A stretch of DNA of 64,000 nt from positions 1,943 to 65,942 of the forward strand of contig CAIVSY010000053.1 of NCBI GenBank assembly GCA_903908715.1. Direction: 5' to 3'. This document shows, in pieces, positions 1-9,000 of the stretch (position 1 is its first letter; each line of letters starts with the position of its first letter). The stretch comes from an uncultured bacterium. Lineage in GTDB: Bacteria; Verrucomicrobiota; Kiritimatiellia; CAIKKV01; CAITUY01. A program made the translations under genes and the position numbers. The notes beneath the pieces are model-generated. The model was not told where the DNA came from, made no database searches, and saw only the letters and a program-made list of their open reading frames with translations.

Positions 1-910
1 TGACGCGCACCCCTGGAAGAGCCTGCGCTAATTTCACGATCAGAGCCTGATCCACCCATTCAGACAACAAGCCGAAAAATCCAACCACCGGCAAATCGTC
101 CCCCTGCACGTTTTTGCGATCCGCAAACAGCACTGGCCGGTGCCTTTCCTTGTTTGCCGAAATGGCACTTCGGAAATGATCCCAGTCCACTCCGTGGGGT
201 ATCAGCACCGTGTTGGGGTTATGAGCCTTGCAACGGTCGAACAGTTCACACGCGGACGCAATCACCAGATCTGCGTAAGCGCAACAACGTCGATCCATTT
301 CCGTCATCATCCGTGAATCATAGGTACTGAACTGGTCCCAACGATCTACACAATGGTACACAACGCGCGGGGCTTTTTGTGGGGCCATGGGCTTGAGCCG
401 GGACCCTGTTCTCTTATTTTGATATCCGCCAACCCGTCGATCCCTTGTGCCCATTCGCCCGTCAAAACCCCTCATGGCTTCGGCCAACACAGGCACATAA
501 TTAATGAATACCGGATCCCGGAATCCCAGCCTCCAACCCCAGAACGCTATATGCAAACGGCAAATCAAACCATTGAACCTTCTCACCAGCCCGAACTTAG
601 GTAGCGGGATGAACAGCGGCGCAAGAACCCATAGCGAGCCAACAGCTCCCGCATCCTGCGCAACCGGGCCAGTGGTCTGCGAGCCCCGCGTGATGTCAGA
701 TTCTTTACGCACCCCGCGAAAGGCAGACACAACTTTTCGCATGATCTTCCAACGGTCATGGCCGGACCCCAGGCTTGGAGTCCGCATACCTGCGCCCTCG
801 ATCCAGAGCACCCGATATCCCCGCCGCACCAGTTCCAATGCAATCCGGTGCTTACTCGTCGGGTTATCCCTGCCGGCACTCCATGCATTCGCAATGATGA
901 CAAAGTCCAT
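1..910 (-). CDS. GT-B glycosyltransferase (TuaH-like), 3' end runs off the window
   Basis: Not in the ORF track. Hand translation from ATG at 910 gives MDFVIIANAW..TSKHRIALEL..VLWIE..VVYHCVDRWDQF..ADLVIASA..LIPHGVDWDHF..VVGFFGLLSEWVD; frame spot-checked at 529 and 370. Confidence 0.85.
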   Translation of the reverse strand, partial: MDFVIIANAWSAGRDNPTSKHRIALELVRRGYRVLWIEGAGMRTPSLGSGHDRWKIMRKVVSAFRGVRKESDITRGSQTTGPVAQDAGAVGSLWVLAPLFIPLPKFGLVRRFNGLICRLHIAFWGWRLGFRDPVFINYVPVLAEAMRGFDGRMGTRDRRVGGYQNKRTGSRLKPMAPQKAPRVVYHCVDRWDQFSTYDSRMMTEMDRRCCAYADLVIASACELFDRCKAHNPNTVLIPHGVDWDHFRSAISANKERHRPVLFADRKNVQGDDLPVVGFFGLLSEWVDQALIVKLAQALPGVRV

Positions 911-924
911 AATCACTCAGGTTT

Positions 925-2463
925 CTACACCTTACCCGACTCATTGATCAAATGCACAATTGTATCTGCCATTCTGCGCCAGGAATACTTTCCCGCATAC
1001 CGCTCCGCCATGGCCTGCCGGTCCACGCTCATTTCCAGCACTTCCTTCAAGGCTGCGGTCAAGCCGGCAACATCCTCCCTCCGGCATAGCCGCGCCGCAG
1101 GCTCATCCTGGAGCATTTCGCGGCAGGCGCCCACATCGGTTGCGACAACCGGCAACCCCGAGGCCAGCGCCTCCGCCACCACGTTCGGCATCCCCTCGCT
1201 CCGGCTCGTCAGACATAACACATCCGCCCGATTCATCCACAATGCCACTTCCGCATGCGGCCGACTGCCCAGGAAACGGACCTTGTCGGCAATGCCCAGT
1301 TCCCGCGCCTGGCGCTCAAGTTGCCTGCGCATGGGGCCGGAACCGATGATGACAAGGAGAAGTGAAGCGTGACGAGTGATGCGTACTGATTGAGCGGACT
1401 TAGCAGGAACGAGGCAGTTCAAAACACCCTCACCCTGGCCCTCTCCCGTAAAGGGAGAGGGAATTCCGGATCGTTGCGATACCCCACCGGCGTCATCTTC
1501 CGGTGAAGACACAAGGGGAGTCTTTGGCGCTTCCTCTTCCCTCTGTAGAGCAGCGAAGGCCCTCAACATCACATCCGGCCCCTTGACCGGGACAAGGTTG
1601 GCAATGAACAAAATGCACTGAGCCTTGCCCACAATTGGACTCCCGACTCCTGACTCCTTCCCACTGTCCCCCGGCTCCCGGCTCCGATACCGGAATAACC
1701 CGCCATCCACTCCATTGGGTACAACCTTGATCTTTGCAGGAGGAACGCCCGCGGCCACAAGACGGTCAGCCAGACCCTGGGCGACACAAACGACGCCATT
1801 CACCTCGGCACAGGCATCAAGAATCATCCGCTTGCGCAACCTGGCTTTAAGGTGAAAAGTGTCAGAACCGAGGACCATCAACCAGAGTTGCGCTCCCGAG
1901 CCACGCAAAGCCCTCGCCACAGCGACGCCGTCAGGGTAAAGCCAGGAGGCGAGAAAAGAGACATCGGACATCAGACCACAGACTTCAGACTTGGGAAAAC
2001 GAACGGGGCCCCGTGGTACAGACGAAGCATCCATGTCTACTAGCCCCTTCGCGCCTTCGCGTGAGATCCCTTCCTTCGAGGTCTCCTGTCCGATGTCCGT
2101 GGTCTGTCGTCTCCCAGCCCGCACCTGACTCCTCACTGCCCGGCAATAGAACCACCAGTTGATCGATCGGCCGATCAGGGGGAGGTAGAAGACCGGCAGG
2201 TACAGGGTATTTCCCCTGCTCTCTGCTTGCTGTTTTCCGCTTTCCTGTTCCCTGCAATCCATCCCCTGCATCGGCGCCTTCCACTTCCGGATGGCCGGCC
2301 AGCGCCAGATCCGCCATTCGGGCACAAGGCAGATATTTTGGATTCTGGATTCTGGATTCTGGATTCCAATCACCATGGCCATCTCCCTGAACAACTGCGC
2401 ATTGAACATACCGCGGGTCGGTTCGTCGGGACGTGGATAAAGGTTGGTAATGGTGAAGATCAT
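925..2463 (-). CDS. GT4 glycosyltransferase (TuaC-like) with several repeat-derived in-frame inserts
   Basis: Motifs ITNLYP, VVPNGVD, ANLVPVKG, SRSEGMPNVVAEALASGLPVVATDVG. Start moved to MIFTITNL. Confidence 0.9.
   Translation of the reverse strand: MIFTITNLYPRPDEPTRGMFNAQLFREMAMVIGIQNPESRIQNICLVPEWRIWRWPAIRKWKAPMQGMDCREQESGKQQAESRGNTLYLPVFYLPLIGRSINWWFYCRAVRSQVRAGRRQTTDIGQETSKEGISREGAKGLVDMDASSVPRGPVRFPKSEVCGLMSDVSFLASWLYPDGVAVARALRGSGAQLWLMVLGSDTFHLKARLRKRMILDACAEVNGVVCVAQGLADRLVAAGVPPAKIKVVPNGVDGGLFRYRSREPGDSGKESGVGSPIVGKAQCILFIANLVPVKGPDVMLRAFAALQREEEAPKTPLVSSPEDDAGGVSQRSGIPSPFTGEGQGEGVLNCLVPAKSAQSVRITRHASLLLVIIGSGPMRRQLERQARELGIADKVRFLGSRPHAEVALWMNRADVLCLTSRSEGMPNVVAEALASGLPVVATDVGACREMLQDEPAARLCRREDVAGLTAALKEVLEMSVDRQAMAERYAGKYSWRRMADTIVHLINESGKV
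1365..1550 (-). mobile_element. Hairpin/MITE-like element (CCCTCTCCC-GGGAGAGGG..GGGTGAGGG) inserted in-frame in the GT4 gene
   Basis: Reverse complement aligns by eye with the intergenic sequence at 58770-58940; translates as PSPFTGEGQGEG. Confidence 0.7.
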
Positions 2464-2476
2464 TGCAGGCGCACCG

Positions 2477-3739
2477 TCAATCCCCAAATTGGATCATACC
2501 CGAACAACACTTATACAGGTTCTCATAACCCGCCAGCGTTGCTTCCATCGAATAGCATTCGCGCACTCTGTGACGTGCGAAGTCCGCCCGAACCTTCATC
2601 CCTGCCCGGTCCTGCAGGAGAGCGGATAAAGCGCCCGGCCACTGGTTCTCATCCTGTGGCAGGATCACACCGCACCGGCCACCATCCACCACCCTGCCGC
2701 TTTCCCCAACGTCTGTCACCGCCACTGGAATACCCGAAGCCATTGCCTCCAGGAGACTGATCGGCAGCCCCTCACTCCGGGAGGGTAGCACAAAGAGATC
2801 CATTTCGGCATAGCTTGGCCTCGGATCCGGCTGAAATCCTGCGAAGGTCACATCTGCCGACATGCGAAGCGCATGAGCCTGTTGCTCCAGTGTTGCCCGT
2901 TCCGGCCCGTCGCCGACCATCAGCAATCTTGGCGGAACCCTGCCACCTGCGATTTCCAGTCGCCGGAACTCGCGAAAAGCAGCCAGCAACCTGTCATATC
3001 CCTTGATCTTCACCAAGCGGCCGACACTCCCTATACAGGGACGTAGCGACTCGCTGCACGCAGTCCCCCGGTGCAACCCCGACTCCGGCAGCATGCCACT
3101 GCCGCCATGATCGTCAAGGCCCATCCTGCGGGACGTCGACACGCCTTTACCCCCATTCTCCTTTCGCCTATTTTCAAGTCCGAGGAACCTCTCCCACGGT
3201 ATGCCATTCGCGATGACCAGGAGACTTTGCCTGGGAATGCGGTGCCGCACGGAAAGCTCTTCCGCAACACTCTCCGAAACCGCCACGGTCCGGCGGGTCA
3301 ACCGCCACAGCAGCGCTGTTCGGAACCTGTTGGCCAACCCCTTGAAATGCGGGTTCGTCCCATGTTCCGTGTGAACATGGCAAACACCTGTGCCCATAGT
3401 GGCAATGGCCCCATACTGCCAAGCGGCGGCATTATGCGAATGCAGCACAGTCACTCGAAGTTCCCGGAGAAGGCGGCGGAGCCGTAACACGGCCGGGATG
3501 TCGAATGGTTTTCGCAACCGGCAGGCCTGCAGGCACCACAGAGACTGGCGGGACTGGAGGGCTCCATTGGGTGGGAATTCGTTGACCTCGGCTGCAAGGG
3601 CTCCATTTTCATCCAGACAAACTATCGAGGTAGAAAACGGATTCCTCCTATTGCGATCGTTCGTCCAGTCAACCACGAGGCGCTCCAACCCCCCGGGCGC
3701 CAAGGACAGAACAAGATGGCAAACCTTAGGAACTGTCAT
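2477..3739 (-). CDS. GT4 glycosyltransferase
   Basis: GGLERLV, LHSHN, HTEHG, IANGI, VGRLVKIKG, SRSEGLPISLLEAMASG. Confidence 0.92.
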   Translation of the reverse strand: MTVPKVCHLVLSLAPGGLERLVVDWTNDRNRRNPFSTSIVCLDENGALAAEVNEFPPNGALQSRQSLWCLQACRLRKPFDIPAVLRLRRLLRELRVTVLHSHNAAAWQYGAIATMGTGVCHVHTEHGTNPHFKGLANRFRTALLWRLTRRTVAVSESVAEELSVRHRIPRQSLLVIANGIPWERFLGLENRRKENGGKGVSTSRRMGLDDHGGSGMLPESGLHRGTACSESLRPCIGSVGRLVKIKGYDRLLAAFREFRRLEIAGGRVPPRLLMVGDGPERATLEQQAHALRMSADVTFAGFQPDPRPSYAEMDLFVLPSRSEGLPISLLEAMASGIPVAVTDVGESGRVVDGGRCGVILPQDENQWPGALSALLQDRAGMKVRADFARHRVRECYSMEATLAGYENLYKCCSGMIQFGD

Positions 3740-3914
3740 ACCCACCTGCGCAAGCCAATGCAGCCCATCGGCCTTACCTTTCCCCTATTATTCCTTAAAA
3801 CATCCATGTACGACTCACTGTTCCGCTGGCGAACACCAACGGGCACCCTTCGTCCTGGCACTTGGTTATGTTACCTGCATTGCGAAACAGCAAATGATCG
3901 GGTATGATTATTCA

Positions 3915-4487
3915 ATGTTAACTAATGCACCTATGCTGGCGGCGATGGTGGTTTTCGCAGGGGGGCCCCATACCGAAACAAGGACTGATCTGGCTTGCGC
4001 CCTGCTCGAACGGTGCCAGCCCAAGCATGTCTACCTGACCGGCGTTGAATATCGCAACACTTCAAGCAATCTTGTTTCCAGAATCCGGTCACTCACGGCC
4101 GCATTGCCACATCCTCCAAGTGTAACAACAGACTCCTGCTCCAGCACCCTGGAAAGTTGCCGGCTCATCTCCAGCGAACTGCATCATGCCTATCCAGATG
4201 GGGGGACTATCACCATTGTGACATCAGACTACCATGCTGCCCGCGCCCGCTGGCTATTCAGCAGTTTTCTGCCCAAATCATTCCAGATCACCGTATGCGA
4301 ATCCAAGGATATCCCGCCGAAATACCGATGGTCCACACCGCAAAATCGCCAATTGATACGCGGTGAGTGTTTCAGCTGGCTCTATTGCTGGCCTCTTGGT
4401 CTCTCTTTCCGTTGTGGTTTGACTGCAGTGATCCCCCTTGCGACAATCTTAATCCTGACCATCCTGTACACCTCCAAACGCACGTAA
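3915..4487 (+). CDS. YdcF/DUF218 (ElyC/SanA-like) protein
   Basis: VVFAGG..R, YLTG, SSTLES, IVTSDYHAARA, followed by a hydrophobic C-terminus. The upstream part of track ORF 3390 is an antisense shadow. Confidence 0.7.
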   Translation: MLTNAPMLAAMVVFAGGPHTETRTDLACALLERCQPKHVYLTGVEYRNTSSNLVSRIRSLTAALPHPPSVTTDSCSSTLESCRLISSELHHAYPDGGTITIVTSDYHAARARWLFSSFLPKSFQITVCESKDIPPKYRWSTPQNRQLIRGECFSWLYCWPLGLSFRCGLTAVIPLATILILTILYTSKRT

Positions 4488-4549
4488 ATCCCGGATTCGT
4501 CCCATTGCCGTATCGACGCCAGGAAGCATATACAGGCCTAGTCTCTCCA

Positions 4550-5131
4550 TTATGAGATTTGGCGACAACCAGCGATGTCCGCCGGATCCATCACGCCACT
4601 CACCTGCTTCATATGCCATGGCGCCAGGTGCTGGACGAACTCGAATTGCGCCACGAACTTTGGCGATTCCTCTGTTCCGTGCGCAAGAATCTCCCGCGTC
4701 TTCAGCTTGCCCGCCATACGGTATCGCCTGCAACGGTCTGCAAGCAAAGGGTCCTGCACATGCAGGATATCAAACCCCTCATCCCTCAGGATCGGCCAGA
4801 GCTTCCGCCAGAAGCTCTTCTGCTCAAGATCATATCCGCTCTTCCAGCCCCAGCGCCAGGTAAAGCCGGGCGCCAGCCGCACCAGCCAGCGCGCCTGCCA
4901 GTCGCCTCGCTTGAGACATGGCAGGACCACAACCGACAGGCCACGCGGCACAGGCGACTGCAATTCTGCCGCGCAAAAAAGAGTCACCGACAGTTCTGTC
5001 CCCGTCTCCCGACTCCTGCCCCCTGACTCCTGACTCCCATACTCCACCAGCGCCGCGGCTGTATCCAGCGCCCAGGTCTCGATCCCGCGGGTGACGTGGC
5101 CTAATCCGGAACTGGCGATGGCAATTTTCAC
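4550..5131 (-). CDS. Stand-alone N-terminal (acceptor-binding) half of a GT4 glycosyltransferase
   Basis: GTG start: KIAIASSGLGHVTRGIETW, FDILHVQDP, ILAHG. It stops before any donor-binding domain. Confidence 0.75.
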   Translation of the reverse strand: MKIAIASSGLGHVTRGIETWALDTAAALVEYGSQESGGRSRETGTELSVTLFCAAELQSPVPRGLSVVVLPCLKRGDWQARWLVRLAPGFTWRWGWKSGYDLEQKSFWRKLWPILRDEGFDILHVQDPLLADRCRRYRMAGKLKTREILAHGTEESPKFVAQFEFVQHLAPWHMKQVSGVMDPADIAGCRQIS

Positions 5132-5135
5132 GGTT

Positions 5136-5777
5136 TCAGGCCTCCAACACCTTCCGGTAATAAGCGACATACTGGGGAATCACAGCGTCCGGGGAAAAGG
5201 TTTTAACCGCCCGTTCCCGCGCGTGAGCGCTATGAACACGCATCCACTCCGGGGTGATCCCCTGGATGGACGCGGCCAGTCCACCCTCCCGGCTCATGTC
5301 CAAACCCAACCCGCCGGCGCCCGTCATCCAAGTCATGACCGGATGCGAATGGGTCAGGCACGGCAACCCGCTGGCGAGGGCTTCCAGGAGTGCTATGGGC
5401 ATCATTTCGAACAATGAGGCCAGCGCAAACACATCCATTGCGCGATAGATACCGGGCATTTGATCCCGCCCGCAATCCGTCAGGATCCGATAGCGGCCGG
5501 GGATCAGCGACTCCGCCAGCGCCAGGAGTTCATCCGTTTCATCCGTCCTTGCGCCTGCGACGACGAGAAAGGGTGAGGAGGGGATGCGTGCGAATTCCCG
5601 GATGAGATGATCCACGCGCTTATGGTTTTTCTTCACGGCTGCGACGCAACCGACGACGAATGCCTCTTCGGGGAGGCCCAATGTGCGGCGGCAGGCCTGT
5701 TTTTCCTGCAGATCAGCGGAAGGATGGAACTTTTCGCAATCGACAAAATTCGGGAGAGATGTCCAGAGCCGTTTCAT
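5136..5777 (-). CDS. Stand-alone C-terminal (donor-binding) half of a GT4 glycosyltransferase
   Basis: Begins at the linker motif LPNFVD..FHP; HKRVDHLI, DVFALASLFEMMPIALLEALASGLP. Confidence 0.8.
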   Translation of the reverse strand: MKRLWTSLPNFVDCEKFHPSADLQEKQACRRTLGLPEEAFVVGCVAAVKKNHKRVDHLIREFARIPSSPFLVVAGARTDETDELLALAESLIPGRYRILTDCGRDQMPGIYRAMDVFALASLFEMMPIALLEALASGLPCLTHSHPVMTWMTGAGGLGLDMSREGGLAASIQGITPEWMRVHSAHARERAVKTFSPDAVIPQYVAYYRKVLEA

Positions 5778-5819
5778 GGGACAAAGGCAAGGCTGAATAA
5801 ATGCTTTATCGCATGCGAA

Positions 5820-6045
5820 GCCCTTCGGGCAAGCTCAGGCCAGGCGCCGGGGAACACAAAGGGCGGTCACTTCTCTTCTTTGAATCTCCATTTAACATCG
5901 ATGTACAGGATGCGAGTGAGGGGGGAAGGGGGAAGAGCAGAGGGGGGAAGAGGGAAGGGCATCCTGTCTATCCTGTTTATCCATGTTAATGAATCTTTGA
6001 AACTCAATTGCCATTTAACATCGATCCACAGGATGCACAGGATAA
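5820..6045. repeat. Intergenic composite of short repeats and palindromes
   Basis: CCCTTCGGGCAAGCTCAGG at 5821; TTTAACATCGAT..CAGGATG at 5891 and 6015; 9-mers ATCCTGTCT/ATCCTGTTT/ATCCATGTT at 5961; GGGGAAG-type heptamers between them. Confidence 0.65.
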
Positions 6046-6063
6046 GTCGTCCAATCCCCAACC

Positions 6064-9000
6064 CTACTCCCCTGCGCCTTCGAGCCAGTCAACGACTACG
6101 GGCTTGTTCACCGCCTCATCCATCAGCACCCGCATGGCATCCATCATCGCCTTGGTTTCGGCAATGCTGTTCAGCAGTTTCGCCACCGTCTGCGGATCCG
6201 TCAGCGATCCAGCCTGCAACTCATCCGCGGGCTGTCCGAGCGGCTGCAAGCCACGGGCCTTGGCCATCTCGTCAATCTTGCTCATGGCATCACGGATGGA
6301 CTTCACCAGGTCCTCCGTCGTCATGGTCGAGGCAACGCCACGCATCTGCTCTGCTGCAGCCCCCAGGGCCTGCCGTATCACCGCCAGGTCCTCCAGCGCC
6401 TGATTCAGCTGACCCGCCCCGATCCGTTTCTTGACTTCACCGATCGCCGTCGCCGCATTCTGCGCCTCGGTACGCGCCGAGGTAGCCTTCTGCAAGGTCT
6501 GCTTTGCCGTCCCGCCGACCCCGGTCAGGCCCTGCTCGATCGTCGTCAATTGGCCGAACACGGTATCGGCGCCCGCCGGATCCGTCACATACCCGAGCCT
6601 TTCCTCGATGCTCGAGAGCATATTGGAACTCATTTCCGCCGCATCCATGATCGCCAGTTGCAGGTTCGTGCTGGTTGAACCCACCGAGCCCATCGCAGCC
6701 GTCAGGGCCGCCAGGCTGTTGCTCAATGTTGCAGTGGAATCCATCAAAGTCGCCATGTCGGCTGACAAACCTTCGACCTGGGTGGCCACATTCGTCAAGG
6801 CCATGATCTCCCCGATCACGCCTGACAACTGCTCAACCTGCGTGCCAAGATTGGTCAACCCGCCAAGTTGGCCCAGGGTTGTGGCCAATCCATCCATCCT
6901 CTCATTGAAGTTTGTCAGCGGCACCAGAGTGCCCACCACATCCGCCACCTGCTGGATTTGGACTCCAAGATTTGTAACCACTCCAAGACCCGCGACGGCA
7001 TCGACCAGCCCGTCCACCTGGGCACCGATATTGGTCAGTGAGCCAAGCTGGCTGATCGAAGCAACCACATCATTCATGTCATTGGTCATATTGCCCAATT
7101 GTGAAACGATAGCCGAGATATCCGACAGCTGGGCCGGCAAGTTGGTCAGGCCAGCCAGTTGGTTGACCGAGCTTGCAAGGCTTGCCATCTGACCGGAAAG
7201 GTTGGTGACTGCAATCACTTGAGTCAACGCGTTGGAAACGCCTGCGAGTTGATCGGTCACATTGGTCAATGCACTCAGTTGGCCGACGGCATTGGTCAGA
7301 TAGTCCACGCGACTGCCCAGGTTGGTCAGGCTCGCAACCTGGCCGATCGCGTTGGTCATTACCGCCACCTGATCGCTAAGGTTCGTGATTCCCGCCAGTT
7401 TGCCCACCAGATTCGTCACATCCGCCATTTGCGAGGGAAGGTTGGTCAGCCCTGCCACTTGGCCGCTGATGTTCGTCAAGCCGCCAAGCTGTCCGATCGT
7501 GTTGGTCAGATAATCAATGCGGGCACCCAGGTTTGTCAGGCCGGAAATCTGCCCGATGGAGTTCGTGATGATGGCCACCTGGCCGCTGATGTTGGTCAGG
7601 CCGCTAAGCTGTCCGACTGTGTTGGTCAGATAATCAATGCGGGCACCCAGGTTTGTCAGGCCGGACACCTGCCCGATGGCATTCGTCATGACCGCCACCT
7701 GTTCCGTCAGATTGGTCAGGCCCATGAGGTCTGTGACAACATTGGTCAACCCTGCCATTTGCGACGGCAGGTTGGTCAATCCGGAAAGCTGTCCCATCAC
7801 ATTGGAGAGGCTGCCCAACTGCACCGGCATATTGGTCAGGGACGCCAGCATTCCCGGGACATTGGTCAGCGAACCCACCTGGGCGGACAGGTTGGTCAAT
7901 CCCTGCATCGACACCAGGGCATTGGTCACAAAATTGAGCTGTGCTCCCACATTCGTCAAGCCCGCGATCTGGGCGACCGAGTTCGTCATGGCCGAAACAG
8001 CGGAATTGATATTGGTCAAGGCGGCAATCTGGTTAATCACATTCGTGACATAACTCATTTGCGACGACACCGTGTTGATCTGGTTCGTGATTCCCGACAG
8101 CCGGGCCATACTGTTCGTAAGTGCAGCCATCTGCGGGGTCAGGTTGGTCAACACCCCCATCTGTCCCACGACATTGGTCACATAGGCAAGCTGACCGCTC
8201 ATATTCGTCAAGACCGTGATTTGCCCCACCGCATTGGTCAGGGTGGAAACCACGGGTGAAATGTTGGTCAGCACCACAACCTGGTCGATTACATTCGTCA
8301 TATAGTTCATTTGTGACGACATCGTGTTCAACTGGTTAGTGATGCTGGAAAGCCGGGCCATGCTGTTCGTCAGCGCGGCCATCTGCGGGGTCAGGTTGGT
8401 CAACACCCCCATCTGTCCCACGACATTGGTCACATAGTTGAGCTGCGAGCTCATGTTCGTCAGCACCGTGACCTGGGCGACGGCGGTGGTCATAGCGGCA
8501 ACCGCCGGATTGATGTTGGTCAGCACCACAATCTGGTTGATCACGTTCGTCATGTAGTTCATCTGTGACGACATTGTGTTAATGGAGTTCGTAATGGCGG
8601 ACAGCCGCGCAACCGAACTGGTAACAGCCGCCATCTGCGGGGTCAGGTTCGTAAGGGCTCCGAGGTTGTCGATTTGGGTGGCCATGTTCGTCAGCGCAAT
8701 GATCTGGCTCACAGCGCTCGTCATTGCGGCGACCGAGCCGGAAAGGTTTGTGAGTCCTGCCACCTGGCCGATGTTGTTGGTCAGATACGCGAGCTGTCCG
8801 GGCATATTGGACACCGTCAGGTAGATATCATCCACGTCAGCCATAAGAGTGGAAAGGTTGGTGACCAGCCCGCTGACATTCCGATCCGTATTGGAAGCCA
8901 CAAGGACAAGGTTCGACATCGAGCGTTCTACTCCGGCGATCTGATTGCTGATCCCGCTCATGGTTCCGGCAAGATCATCCAATTCCCACGTGGTCACCTT

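Noticed and set aside
5867-6061. 64-aa ORF (ILCILWIDV...)
   Set aside because: Translation of nonamer and heptamer repeats.
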